Positions 7,690-17,346 of a DNA stretch of 64,000 nucleotides are shown here, one piece after another. The notes below the pieces were generated by a model that ran no database searches, had not been told where the DNA came from, and saw nothing but the letters and a program-made list of their open reading frames with translations. Source of the DNA: an uncultured Polyangiaceae bacterium (lineage in GTDB: Bacteria; Myxococcota_A; Polyangia; Polyangiales; Polyangiaceae). The DNA is taken from positions 32,642-96,641 of the forward strand of contig CALKVW010000211.1 of NCBI GenBank assembly GCA_938004785.1, read 5' to 3'. The translations under genes were made by a program, and so were the position numbers. Every line of letters starts with the position of its first letter. The first letter of the stretch is position 1.

Positions 7690-8773
7690 TCCACGCCAGA
7701 TCGCTGAGGAAGCGACCCTCGGTGGCGCAGTCGTAGATGCGCTCGGGCGAGCTCGCCTGCGAGCCGTCGACGGCGGCGATCTCGACGTGCGAGCACTGCA
7801 AGCTGCCCTCCCAGCGCAGGAAGGCGACGCGTGTGCCGTCGGGCGAGAAGCGCGCGTTCGTGATGTCGGGCCCCTGTGCGACGAGCACGTCGGCCAGGCC
7901 CTCGCGCACGAGCACGAGCGAGCCTTGTTGCGTGTAGTCGCTGACGAGCAGGCCCTGCCCGTCGGGCGCGAGCACCGGGTTTCCGGCGTTGCTGCGCAGG
8001 ATCGTCTCCGCGCCGCCCGCGATCGCGCGGCGCACGATGGTGCGGGTGCCCGGCACGGGCACCTTCGCGTAGACGAGCTCGGTGCCGCCGGCGAGCGGCT
8101 GCGGCGAGAGCGTGAAGAGCTGCGGCACCTCGTCGGTGAGCCACTCGAAGCTCTTGCTCGCGAGCTCGACACGACCGATGCGGTAGCCCGTGGAGACGCC
8201 CTCGGCGTCGAAGTCGTAGCGACGGCAGACATAGAGGTGCGCGTCGTCGGGGCTGAAGGCGTGGCACTCGTCGTTGAGGTTGCCGTAGCTCAGGACCTCG
8301 GCCGTCTCGGTCGCGACGTCGTAGAGGAAGGTCGGCTGGATCGAGTCGCCGAAGAGCGGCCCGTAGTGCGCCTCTTGCTCGGGGTCGCCGGCGGCGAAGG
8401 CGATCGTGCTCGCGTCGTTCGACACACCCATCGACCACACGCGGAACGACTCGAAGATGGGCGTGAGCTCGCTGCCGTCGGGGCGCATGCTGAGCAGCTC
8501 GTTCGGTGCGGCCTCCCAGTCGCCGAGCAGGATCTGTTCTCCGGCCGGCAAGGGGTTCACCGCGCGGAACTGCACGTCTGCGGGGGTCGGCACGAAGGGC
8601 TGCGTGCCACCTCCTGCGCCGCCTCCACCCGCGCTGCTCGAGCTGGTCTGGCCGCCCGTGCCGCTGCCGCCGGTGCCCGCGCCGCCGGTGCCGCCGTCGT
8701 CGCCGCAGGCGACGAGCGCCACGAGAGACACAGCGCAGAGGACCGGAGCGAGCGGCAGGTGGTGTCGGAGCAT
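7679..8773 (-). CDS. TolB-like/PD40 beta-propeller lipoprotein
   Basis: Internal start MLRHHLPLAPVLCAVSLVALVACG (lipobox). Gly-rich linker. Repeated FSPDG/SPDD PD40-type motifs. Upstream residues of the ORF are junk. Confidence 0.65.
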   Translation of the reverse strand: MLRHHLPLAPVLCAVSLVALVACGDDGGTGGAGTGGSGTGGQTSSSSAGGGGAGGGTQPFVPTPADVQFRAVNPLPAGEQILLGDWEAAPNELLSMRPDGSELTPIFESFRVWSMGVSNDASTIAFAAGDPEQEAHYGPLFGDSIQPTFLYDVATETAEVLSYGNLNDECHAFSPDDAHLYVCRRYDFDAEGVSTGYRIGRVELASKSFEWLTDEVPQLFTLSPQPLAGGTELVYAKVPVPGTRTIVRRAIAGGAETILRSNAGNPVLAPDGQGLLVSDYTQQGSLVLVREGLADVLVAQGPDITNARFSPDGTRVAFLRWEGSLQCSHVEIAAVDGSQASSPERIYDCATEGRFLSDLAWITR

Positions 8774-8950
8774 CGCCGCGCAGGGTACCACCTGAGGTCG
8801 AGGGCTCGCGGCGAGAGCAGACGGAGACGGCTGCGAGCTCGGCACAGCGCGGCTCAGCTCGATGCGTCGCCGCCGGAATTCTGCTCTCCTTTCGAGGGTA
8901 CGGCGTTGGCATCGCTCCTGCTTCGGCGGGAGCTTCTGCGAGGTTCGTTC

Positions 8951-9553
8951 ATGTCCACCCTGCTCCGGTCCATCGTCCTATCGAGCCTCTACGTTCTCGG
9001 CTGCGACTCCTCGGTGAGCTCCGACGGTTCGGGAGGCGGCGGCGAAGGTGGGCAGGGTGGAGGAGCTCCCTCCACGTGTGAAGCTCCCCCGAGCCCGGAG
9101 GCCTTCGAGATCGGCACGGGGGAAGCGTGCTTCGAGCGCCTCGAGGTCGGGCAAGTGGTGCCGCTCGTCCAGGGGCCGCAGGGAGGCTTCCACGTCTGGG
9201 TCGCGATGAGCTGCACCGGATGCAGCGCGGAGATGCACCTGCGCTACGGCGCGCTCGACCCGGCGACGGGCGAGCACTTCGAGAACACCTACCCGAGCGA
9301 GGGCCTCTTCGAGCTCTCGGGCGACGTGAGCTCGCGTCAGCGCGCGATGCTCACCGCCGTCATGCCGGGTGTACCGTGGGATCCGGAGAACTTCCCGCCG
9401 CTCGAGAAGGGCGCGCCGGTGCGGCTCTACGTCGAGCACCTCGAGGACGGCATGGTCGTGGAGCGCAGCGAGGTCGACGTGGTCCTCGGCGACACGGTGT
9501 CGTGGGATCCCTGCGCGGAGAACCCCGAGTCGGAGTTCTGCGGCTTCGGCTGA
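8951..9553 (+). CDS. Secreted lipoprotein, function unknown
   Basis: Internal start MSTLLRSIVLSSLYVLGC (lipobox) within the 588-aa ORF whose N-terminus is antisense junk. Gly-rich linker. Acidic, Trp/Tyr-containing C-terminal domain. Confidence 0.6.
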   Translation: MSTLLRSIVLSSLYVLGCDSSVSSDGSGGGGEGGQGGGAPSTCEAPPSPEAFEIGTGEACFERLEVGQVVPLVQGPQGGFHVWVAMSCTGCSAEMHLRYGALDPATGEHFENTYPSEGLFELSGDVSSRQRAMLTAVMPGVPWDPENFPPLEKGAPVRLYVEHLEDGMVVERSEVDVVLGDTVSWDPCAENPESEFCGFG

Positions 9554-9589
9554 TCGGCCGCGCCCCGAGGGCCGCGCGCCCCAGCAGCC

Positions 9590-11194
9590 TCAGGGTTTGT
9601 CGGGCGACATCGCGTCGCGGCGGTTCTTCAGGCCTGCGGCGCTCGTGGTGTAAGTCGACTGGCAGGTCTCGGCCGCCGTCGCAGGTGGGAGCGTCGCGTT
9701 CCAGCGGGCGACGTTGCCCTTCCAGGCGACGCACTCCTCGGGGCGCGCGCCCGAGGTCGGCGAGCACATGAGCGCGATGAGGTCGGCGCAGGGTTTGGGC
9801 ATCGGGCCCGACGCAGCAGCGCCGCTCGAGACCGCGGGTGGCGCGCTAGGCGCGGGCGGCGTCGGCATCGCGCTGGGCGAGCGCGGCGCAGTCGGCACAG
9901 GCGCAGCGCTCGCCGAGGCCGACGCGCTCGCGACGGCCGACGCGCTCGTGTTCGGCGAGGCGCTCGCGGCGTCGTCGGCGTCGCGCGCGCCGCTCGCGCG
10001 CTTCTTTCGCTTCTTCGTCTTGGGCTCGTCGTCGCTCTCGAGCTCGCTCGCCTCGGCGCCTTCGCCCGAGAGCTTCGCGGTGTCGCCGAAGCTCGCGCCT
10101 CGCGCGTAGTAGACCGCGGCCCCGCCGCCGAGCGCCGCGAAGAGCGCCACCGCGCCGCCGACGGCGAGCGCTGCGCCGGTCGAGCTCTGGCTGTGGGCGG
10201 AGCGGATCGTCCCTCCTACGGCGAGGCCGGTCGTGCCGGGCTGCTGCGCCGAGAACTGCGCGCCGGAACCGCCGACGCCCGCGCTCGGCAGGGTGCTGCC
10301 GCCTCGCTCGGGCGACATCGCGGGCATCGACTCCGGGCGGTGCAGCTCCGTCGCCGCCATGCTGAGCGCGGGATCGCTGTACGGGGCAGCGCGCTGCCAG
10401 GCGTCGACCAGGCGCGCGTAGAGCTCGTCGACGCTCGCCGGCCGCTCGTCGCGCCCCGCGGAGAGCGACGTGAGCAGCACGCGGCTGAGCTCGGGAGGCA
10501 GCCGCACCCCGAGCTCGGACGGAGGACAGGGCGACATGCGCGCCTTCGGGTCGGCCGGATCCCAGGGCAAACGCGCGACGAGCGCGACGTAGAAGACGAG
10601 CGCGAGCTCGTAGACGTCGCTCGCGATCGTCGCCGGCTGACCGAAGAAGCGCTCCGGCGCCATGTAGGCTGGCGTGCCCCGCGCGAGGCCGGCCTTGGTG
10701 GTCGTCGATGGCGCGGCGTCGAGCTCGCGCGCGATGCCGAGGTCGAGCAGCACGAGACGCTCGTCGGGTGGGTCGAGCCACAAGACGTTCTCGGGTTTGA
10801 TGTCGCGGTGCACGAGGCCCGCGCGGTGCAGCGTGCTCACCGCCGAGACGAGGCCCGCGAACAGCGTGAGCGCGTGTGGGACCTCGAGCCGCCCTCGCTC
10901 GGCGAGCTTGTCGGCGAGCGCGCGCCCACGCAGGCGAGGCATCGCGATGTAGGGCCGGCCGTCGGGCAGGATGCCGGCGTCGAGCACCTGGACGAGGTTC
11001 GGGTGCGAGAGCGCGTGCATGCGCCTCGCCTCGCCGACGAAGCGCTCGACTTCGCGCGGCTCGAGCCCGAGCTCGGGGCGCAGCACCTTGAGCGCGAGCT
11101 CGACGCCGTCGCGCGTCGCTGCGTACACGAAGGATGTGCCACCCTCGCCGAGCAGCGAGCTGAGCACGAAGGGGCCTAGAGGCTGGGGGAACAT
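9590..11194 (-). CDS. Hanks-type Ser/Thr protein kinase with TM segment and Cys-containing extracytoplasmic tail
   Basis: Subdomain motifs are present: GEGGTSFVY (Gly loop), ALK (VAIK-like), HRDIKPEN, DLG (DFG-like), GTPAYMAPE. Low-complexity Ala/Ser linker and C-terminal Cys-rich segment. Confidence 0.9.
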   Translation of the reverse strand: MFPQPLGPFVLSSLLGEGGTSFVYAATRDGVELALKVLRPELGLEPREVERFVGEARRMHALSHPNLVQVLDAGILPDGRPYIAMPRLRGRALADKLAERGRLEVPHALTLFAGLVSAVSTLHRAGLVHRDIKPENVLWLDPPDERLVLLDLGIARELDAAPSTTTKAGLARGTPAYMAPERFFGQPATIASDVYELALVFYVALVARLPWDPADPKARMSPCPPSELGVRLPPELSRVLLTSLSAGRDERPASVDELYARLVDAWQRAAPYSDPALSMAATELHRPESMPAMSPERGGSTLPSAGVGGSGAQFSAQQPGTTGLAVGGTIRSAHSQSSTGAALAVGGAVALFAALGGGAAVYYARGASFGDTAKLSGEGAEASELESDDEPKTKKRKKRASGARDADDAASASPNTSASAVASASASASAAPVPTAPRSPSAMPTPPAPSAPPAVSSGAAASGPMPKPCADLIALMCSPTSGARPEECVAWKGNVARWNATLPPATAAETCQSTYTTSAAGLKNRRDAMSPDKP

Positions 11195-11257
11195 GCGCGG
11201 AGTGGCGGCCGTCGAGGGGCGCAGTCTAGCAGCGCCGCCACGCAGAGCGGCGATCGC

Positions 11258-12235
11258 TCAGCCCGGCACGAGCACCAGCTTGCCGCGCACCTCGCGGCGC
11301 TCCATGCGTAGGAGCGCTTCGGCGGCCCGCTCGAAGGGGTACACGCCGTCGATGTGCGGGTGGAGCTTGCCCTCCGCGACCCACGCGAGGATGCGCTCAC
11401 CGTGCGCGTGGTTCTTCGCGGGCTGCCGCATCGCGAAGGATCCCCAGAAGACACCGACGATCTCGCAGCCCTTGAGCAGCGTGAGGTTGAGCGGGATCTT
11501 GGGGATCTCGCCCGCCGCGAAGCCCACGACGAGGTGGCGCCCTTGCCAGGCCATCGCGCGCAGGGCGGGCTCCGAGTAGGGCCCACCGACGGCGTCGAAG
11601 ACGATGTCGGCGCCCGCGCCTCGCGTGAGCTCCTTGGTGCGCTCCTTGAGGTCTTCTTTCGTGTAGTCGATGGTCGCGTCGGCGCCTCTCTCGCGGCAGT
11701 ACTCGAGCTTCGCAGCGCTGCCCGCCGCGGCGATCACCGTCGCGCCGAGCAGCTTGCCGAGCTCGATCGCGGCCGAGCCCACACCACCCGCCGCGCCGAG
11801 CACGAGCAGTACGTCGCCCGGCTCGATGGAGGCGCGATCGACGAGCGCGTGGAGCGTCGTGAGGTAGGTGAGCAAGGTCGCCGCGCCGACCTCGAAGCTC
11901 ACCGCTTCGGGCAGCTTCACGGCCGAGAGCTCGGGCACCACGATCTTCTCCGCGAAGGCGCCGTGCAACATCGTGCAGGCGACGCGATCGCCGACCGCGA
12001 AGCCCTTCACGCCTTCGCCGACGGCGAGCACCGAACCGGCGGCCTCACCGCCGGGGATGAACGGCGGAGACGGCTTGAACTGGTACTTGCCGTGGGAGAG
12101 CAGCACCTCGGGGAAGTTGAGCGCAGCCGCCTTCACGTCGAGCAAGAGCTCGCCCGCGCCCGGCGATGGATCGGGCAGCTCGTCGACGCGTAGACCCGAG
12201 GGACCGACGAGCTCGTGCTGGCGGAGTGCGCGCAT
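11258..12235 (-). CDS. qor: NADPH:quinone oxidoreductase / zinc-type alcohol dehydrogenase family (MDR)
   Basis: 325 aa. Rossmann motif LVLGAAGGVGSAAIELGK. MDR-family N-terminal GroES-like fold motifs (GGEAAGSV, GDRV). Confidence 0.85.
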   Translation of the reverse strand: MRALRQHELVGPSGLRVDELPDPSPGAGELLLDVKAAALNFPEVLLSHGKYQFKPSPPFIPGGEAAGSVLAVGEGVKGFAVGDRVACTMLHGAFAEKIVVPELSAVKLPEAVSFEVGAATLLTYLTTLHALVDRASIEPGDVLLVLGAAGGVGSAAIELGKLLGATVIAAAGSAAKLEYCRERGADATIDYTKEDLKERTKELTRGAGADIVFDAVGGPYSEPALRAMAWQGRHLVVGFAAGEIPKIPLNLTLLKGCEIVGVFWGSFAMRQPAKNHAHGERILAWVAEGKLHPHIDGVYPFERAAEALLRMERREVRGKLVLVPG

Positions 12236-12284
12236 GGGGAGCGAGCGTAGCGCGCAGCTGCGAGGCCGCGTAGGGCGCGCCGTC

Positions 12285-13499
12285 CTACTCGGCGCGCTGC
12301 GGGTAGCGCGCCTCGAGATCGTCGACGACCGCGGCAGACTCGTTGATCGTGCGCTGCGCGATCATCGGCTCGAGCCCGAACCAGCCGAAGGCGCGCAGCG
12401 AGGAGGGATTGTTCGCCGCCCCGCCCCGCTGCGACAGATCGCGCGTGGAGCTGAAGCGCTCGTTCGTGTAGCTCGCCATGTCGAGGCCGTGTTTGCGGCT
12501 CGCCTCGGCGGTCACGTAGGCCGCGATGTGGCAGCCCGCGCAAGGCAGCTGATCGGGCACGTAGATCGTCGGGTTCTCGACCCGCAGGTACGAGGCCATC
12601 GCGGCCTCGCGCTGCTCGGGTGTCGCGGCCTCGGCCGCGGCGCTCGAGTAGAAGACGCGGCCGTCTTCGGGCTGCATGCCGATCGGCGTGAGGTCGTAGT
12701 CGTAGCTCGTCGCCGTCTTCGTGAGGATGACGCGCTGGTTGGTGCCCTCGCCGACCGCGACGATGTCCATCGGGCGCAGCACCCCGGCCTCACGCTCGAA
12801 CCCCCCGAAGAACCACACCTCGTTCACCGGCGGAGCGCGGAGGAAGAAGGTCATGCGGATGAAGTTCTGCTCTCCGACGTGCTGGAGCACGAGGTTGCGC
12901 AGCTCGGTGCCGTAGGCGCCTTGCACACCCTGGGCGACGAGCGCCGGGTGCACGTCGAGCGGCGCGTCGACCGGGGCCTCCGGGGCGAGGGCACGCAGCG
13001 CGCGCAGGCCGTCGACGACCTGGGTCATCGACGCCTGGTCGAGCCGGTAGAAGAGGTGCAGCGCCGAGTCGCGCGGCGAGCCGTCGGCGTCGATGGGCTG
13101 CATGACGAGCCGGATCTCCGGCTCGCAGTTCCCAGGCCCACCGCTGCAGCCGTCGAAACGCAGCGAGACGACGCGCATGCGCGCGTAGAGCAGGCCCTCG
13201 GAGGGGACCACCGGGAAGGTCGGGATCTGATCGTAGACGTCGCGCGGGAGCAGCTCGCCGCGAGCGCCGACGTCCGACGGGCGCAGGTGGCCCGGGTCTT
13301 CGTGGCTCGACGGCAGCGGAAACAGCACCGAGACGTCGTTCAAGCCGAGCGGGATCGGCTCCGGCTCGGGCGTGCTCGTCGAGGAGCCGCCACCGCCGGT
13401 GCCTGCGTCGCCGTCCCCGCACGCGGCGACGACGGAGCTCGCGAGCAAGGACGAGCAGAGAGCGGCGAGCCAGGCGGACTTCCCGAGGTGCGACATCAC
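12285..13499 (-). CDS. Lipoprotein with single CxxCH motif (possible haem-binding), function unknown
   Basis: Lipobox VAACG and Gly-rich linker. 404 aa, Asp/Glu/Tyr-rich. CAGCH motif near the C-terminus. Confidence 0.6.
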   Translation of the reverse strand: MMSHLGKSAWLAALCSSLLASSVVAACGDGDAGTGGGGSSTSTPEPEPIPLGLNDVSVLFPLPSSHEDPGHLRPSDVGARGELLPRDVYDQIPTFPVVPSEGLLYARMRVVSLRFDGCSGGPGNCEPEIRLVMQPIDADGSPRDSALHLFYRLDQASMTQVVDGLRALRALAPEAPVDAPLDVHPALVAQGVQGAYGTELRNLVLQHVGEQNFIRMTFFLRAPPVNEVWFFGGFEREAGVLRPMDIVAVGEGTNQRVILTKTATSYDYDLTPIGMQPEDGRVFYSSAAAEAATPEQREAAMASYLRVENPTIYVPDQLPCAGCHIAAYVTAEASRKHGLDMASYTNERFSSTRDLSQRGGAANNPSSLRAFGWFGLEPMIAQRTINESAAVVDDLEARYPQRAE

Positions 13500-13572
13500 G
13501 AAGCTCGGTAGTGAGCAATGGCCCGCGCGAGAAGCCCCAACGAGCCGAGCCGCGGCGGCGCGGGCGGCCGCG

Positions 13573-14592
13573 TCAGAAGGTCGCAGCGACCGCTGGCAGA
13601 CTCGCGACGACCCCCGCCAGGGCGTCGACCACGCGCGGTAGGGCCTCGGCGATGCGCGGGAGCGTCAGCGCGAGCACGACGCTCACGGCGAGGCCACCCG
13701 TCACCTTGAGGCCGTCCTTGCCGATCATCTGCAAGGTCTCCTTCATCGGCCTCGCGTGCAGGCGCGCCGTCATCGCGATCTCACGCCCGGCGAGCAGGCC
13801 GAGGAAGACCCAGGTCGTGCTCATCGGGATCTTGCTCCACTCCTTGAAGAGCAGCAGCACGAGCGCGTAGCTGAAGTCGATGATCGTCGCCGAGCGGATG
13901 TCCTGTGTGTTCGTCTTGCTCGTGACGACCTTCTGGATCTCGCCGCCCGCGCTGTAGAAGGTGTGTGCGTGCAGCGCGCCCATCACGACGAGCGCGAAGA
14001 CGAGCCAGCCGAGGCTCATCTTTCGAGGCACGTAGACGAAGATGTTGGCGAGATCCTGGATCAGCCACTGGCTCCACAGGAAGCCCGTCGAGACCCACTG
14101 GAGCACCGTCCAATGGCGGGGCGGTGGCTGATCGGCGGTGTCGAGGAAGCGCTTCTCGATCGTGCGCGCCAACGCGAAGTAGAGCGCGATCGAGAAGCCG
14201 AAGGCCACGGCGTAGCCGAGGATCGACTTCGTCATCATCGAGCCGAGGTTCTGCGGCGCGAAGATCGTGAGCACCAGGAAGGTCGTGCTCACGGGGATGC
14301 CCTTCTTGGTGAGCAGCAGGAGCACGATCGGCGGCACGAGGTAGATCCACGTGAAGGGCTGCGGCAGCGGGATCTTGTCGAGGCGACCGAAGGAGGTGTC
14401 GCCCCCGTGCGTGAGCCAGCCGTAGATCAGCACCGCGTAGAGGATGCCGACCGCGAAGAGCCAGAGCGCCCACCAGGGCCTGCGCGCGTTCGAGGAGAGG
14501 AAGGTGCCGAGGGTCTGGAGGGCGTCGTTCGCGACGATGGAATACGACGCGATCGCGAAGCCTACGATCATGAAGACCAGCTCGAGGTTCAT
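13573..14592 (-). CDS. pit: Inorganic phosphate transporter, PiT (PHO4) family
   Basis: Internal start MNLELVFMIVG. PiT signature IVANDALQ (GANDVAN-like). Multiple TM helices. Upstream ORF residues are Arg/Cys-rich junk. Confidence 0.85.
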   Translation of the reverse strand: MNLELVFMIVGFAIASYSIVANDALQTLGTFLSSNARRPWWALWLFAVGILYAVLIYGWLTHGGDTSFGRLDKIPLPQPFTWIYLVPPIVLLLLTKKGIPVSTTFLVLTIFAPQNLGSMMTKSILGYAVAFGFSIALYFALARTIEKRFLDTADQPPPRHWTVLQWVSTGFLWSQWLIQDLANIFVYVPRKMSLGWLVFALVVMGALHAHTFYSAGGEIQKVVTSKTNTQDIRSATIIDFSYALVLLLFKEWSKIPMSTTWVFLGLLAGREIAMTARLHARPMKETLQMIGKDGLKVTGGLAVSVVLALTLPRIAEALPRVVDALAGVVASLPAVAATF

Positions 14593-14605
14593 GGCGTACT
14601 TCGCC

Positions 14606-15133
14606 TCAGTCCTTCGCTTCCGTGACGGCGCCGGGGTCGAGCGGCACCTCGTGGTGCACGACGCGCCCGTGGGCCGGACCGCGACCGCCGCGCAGCGCGA
14701 GCACCGGCACGGGGGACTCGCGCAGCACCGACTCCGCGACGCTGCCGAGCGCGAGTCGCGGGATGCCACGCCGCCCGTGCGTGCCGAGCACGATCAAACC
14801 CGCGCCGACGTCGGCGGCGACCTCGAGGATCGCCTGCACGACCTCGCCGTGCGCGACGCGCAGCCTGGCCCTCGCGCCGCGCGACGTGGCGAGGGTCGCG
14901 AGCTCGCGCAGGGTCGGGAGCGCGGCGCGCTCCTCGTCGCGCATCGCGACCGCCGCGACCGGGTGCGCCTCGGGGTGTAGGAGCACGTCGAGGTCGACCG
15001 CGGGTTTCACTGGGAAGACGTGCAGCAGCACGAGCTCGGCGCCGAGCTTCGCCGCGAGCACCGACGCCTCGGCCACGATCTCCTGCGCGTGGGCGCGGGG
15101 GTCGATCGCGACGAGGATCGTCTCGGTGTCCAT
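14606..15133 (-). CDS. Universal stress protein (UspA family)
   Basis: C-terminal 175 aa of the ORF: MDTETILVAIDPRAHAQ..., ATP-binding loop GTHGRRGIPRLALGSVAESVLRESPVPVL. Upstream part of the ORF is junk. Confidence 0.8.
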   Translation of the reverse strand: MDTETILVAIDPRAHAQEIVAEASVLAAKLGAELVLLHVFPVKPAVDLDVLLHPEAHPVAAVAMRDEERAALPTLRELATLATSRGARARLRVAHGEVVQAILEVAADVGAGLIVLGTHGRRGIPRLALGSVAESVLRESPVPVLALRGGRGPAHGRVVHHEVPLDPGAVTEAKD

Positions 15134-15353
15134 CGGTCTCGAGAGCCTCCTTGCGGCCTCGCGAGGCTCGCCGCAACGGGTGATCACGCGTGTCACCAAG
15201 AAGACACGGAGGCGTTGCGCGAGCGCGACGGGAGCGAGTGTTGGAGCGCGCAACCATTGCGCCACAGGGGCAGAAAGCAACACGCGATGAGGGTCGACCT
15301 CGGCGGAGAACCGACTAAGGTGGCCTCGTTCTCTCACCGGAGGAGTCCGTCTC

Positions 15354-17240
15354 ATGCAGCTTCGTAACCACTTCGTAGGGCTGACCTTGTCGGCCGTGTG
15401 TGCGCTCGGCCCGCTGGGCTGTGGCGACGACACCTCGGGCACCGGCGGCGGCTCGACGTCGTCGACGACGTCCAGCACGACGACCACGACCACGACCACG
15501 ACCACGACGAGCGGCACGGGTGGTGCGGGCGGCGAAGGCGCCGGCACCGCGCAGGGCGGCGGCGGCGCTGGCACCGGCGGCGAAGGCGGCATGGCCCAGG
15601 GCGGCGGTGGCGCCGGCACGGGCGGCATGGGCGGCATGAACATGGGCGGCGGCGGCGCGGGCGGCGGCACCACGACGACGCCCTCGCAGCAGATCGCCGC
15701 GGTGCTCGGCACGGCCGACGGCACGGGGCTGAACCTCGTCGTGGCCGACGCGATCGTCACCTACGTGAAGCCCGCCTTCGGCACCGACCCGGCCGGCTTC
15801 TTCGTGCAGGGCGCGCAGATGGGCCCCGCGCTCTTCGTCGCCGTCGACCCGGCCACGCTCACGCCCGCGCCGGCAGTGGGCGACGAGGTCATGTTCACGG
15901 TCACGGCCGTGTCGACCACGACGGGGCTGAAGCACGCCTCGGCGATCACGAGCTACATGCGCCACTCGCAGAACAACGACGTGGCCGCGCTCGTGAGCGA
16001 CATCACCGCCGCGAGCGACGTGCTCACCAACCTCGACGCCTACACCGCGCGCGCGGTGAGCTTCATCGCCGACATCGACGCCGACTTCACGGCCGCGGGC
16101 TCGCCCCAGGTCGCGGCGCCCATCACCACGAGCGGCCTCAGCGATCCGAACTACCGCCTGCGCATGCCCGAGGCCGTGCGCGCGACCTACGACCTCGAGA
16201 TGGGCTGCACGCTCATCGTCGACTACGGCGTGATGTGGCGCTTCAACGCCATCGCGCAGCCCTCGGCGCTCTCGACGAACGACATCGCCATGGGCGACGT
16301 CCAGTGCCTGCCGCCCACCGTGGCGATGGCCCAGGCCGCCTCCTCTACCTCGGTCGTGATCACCTTCGATCGCCTGCTCGACCCGGCCTCGGTGCAGGCG
16401 AGCGACTTCACCTTCACGGGCGGCCTCACGGCGAGCGCCGTCATGGTGAGCGGCAAGACGGTCACGGTCACCACGAGCATGCAGACCTCGGGCACGAGCT
16501 ACACCGTCACGGTCGCCGGTGTGACCGACGTGCTCGGCGAGGCGATCGACCCCGCGCTCGATGAAGCGACGTTCACGGGCTTCGTCGTGCCGGCGGGCCT
16601 GCTGTTCAACGAGGTCAGCCCGAACATCGCCTCGGGCCGCGACCTCGTGGAGCTCTTGGTGACCAGCCCCGGCACGGTCAACGGCGTCACGCTGCTCCAA
16701 GACGGCACCAACGTCGAGACGCTCGCGACGCTGCCGGACGTGAGCGTGGCGATGGGCGACCTCATCGTCATCCACCTCAACCCGTCGGGTGCCACCGGCG
16801 CAGCGCCGGGCTCCGAGACCACCGCGAAGAACCAGTACGCCGCGGCGATGTACTCCGCCAACTACGACGGCGCGTGGGACTTCCACGGCGGCAACACCGG
16901 CATCACCTTCAACAACCGCGTCTTCCGCCTCGAAGCTCCGGGCGGCGCGATCCTCGACGCGGTGCCCTTCGTGCTCAGCAACGCGGCCGCCCCGCCGGCG
17001 GCCTTCCCCGGCGATCTGCAGGCTTTGCAGGCGCTGGCGCGCTGGCTGCCGGCCGACTGCGGTGGCCAGCTCTGCACCTACACCTCGACGCCGACCGCGG
17101 TCTCGATCTCGGTCGACTACCTCGGCGTGGGCAGCACCCCGACCGGCAACACGATCTCGCGCAAGCCTGGCATGAACACCATGCAGAAGAGCGACTGGAA
17201 CGCCGCGGGCCCGCACAGCCTCGGGCTCGCGAACCCCTGA
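15354..17240 (+). CDS. Large lipoprotein with Thr/Gly-rich linker, Ig-like segment and lamin-tail (LTD) domain
   Basis: Lipobox LGCG. Poly-Thr and Gly-rich low-complexity region. LLFNEVSPNIASGRDLVELLVTS matches the LTD core. Beta-rich repeat region. Confidence 0.7.
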   Translation: MQLRNHFVGLTLSAVCALGPLGCGDDTSGTGGGSTSSTTSSTTTTTTTTTTTSGTGGAGGEGAGTAQGGGGAGTGGEGGMAQGGGGAGTGGMGGMNMGGGGAGGGTTTTPSQQIAAVLGTADGTGLNLVVADAIVTYVKPAFGTDPAGFFVQGAQMGPALFVAVDPATLTPAPAVGDEVMFTVTAVSTTTGLKHASAITSYMRHSQNNDVAALVSDITAASDVLTNLDAYTARAVSFIADIDADFTAAGSPQVAAPITTSGLSDPNYRLRMPEAVRATYDLEMGCTLIVDYGVMWRFNAIAQPSALSTNDIAMGDVQCLPPTVAMAQAASSTSVVITFDRLLDPASVQASDFTFTGGLTASAVMVSGKTVTVTTSMQTSGTSYTVTVAGVTDVLGEAIDPALDEATFTGFVVPAGLLFNEVSPNIASGRDLVELLVTSPGTVNGVTLLQDGTNVETLATLPDVSVAMGDLIVIHLNPSGATGAAPGSETTAKNQYAAAMYSANYDGAWDFHGGNTGITFNNRVFRLEAPGGAILDAVPFVLSNAAAPPAAFPGDLQALQALARWLPADCGGQLCTYTSTPTAVSISVDYLGVGSTPTGNTISRKPGMNTMQKSDWNAAGPHSLGLANP

Positions 17241-17346
17241 TCCTCATCACGCACCGAGCCGAGCCACGCGCGGCCCGGCTCCACGGACGGCGCGCATTCC
17301 TGCTGGGGTGCGCGCCGTCGGCGTCTTCGGGGCTAGGCTCGCTGGC

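Noticed and set aside
7057-8912. Long minus ORFs 7057..8232 (391 aa) and 7572..8912 (446 aa)
   Set aside because: Arg/Ser/Ala-rich junk in alternate frames of the LuxR (plus) and TolB-like (minus) genes.
15280-15330. Possible sigma-54 promoter (TGG...TTGC) upstream of the LTD lipoprotein gene
   Set aside because: The GG-N10-GC spacing does not fit the -24/-12 consensus when counted base by base.
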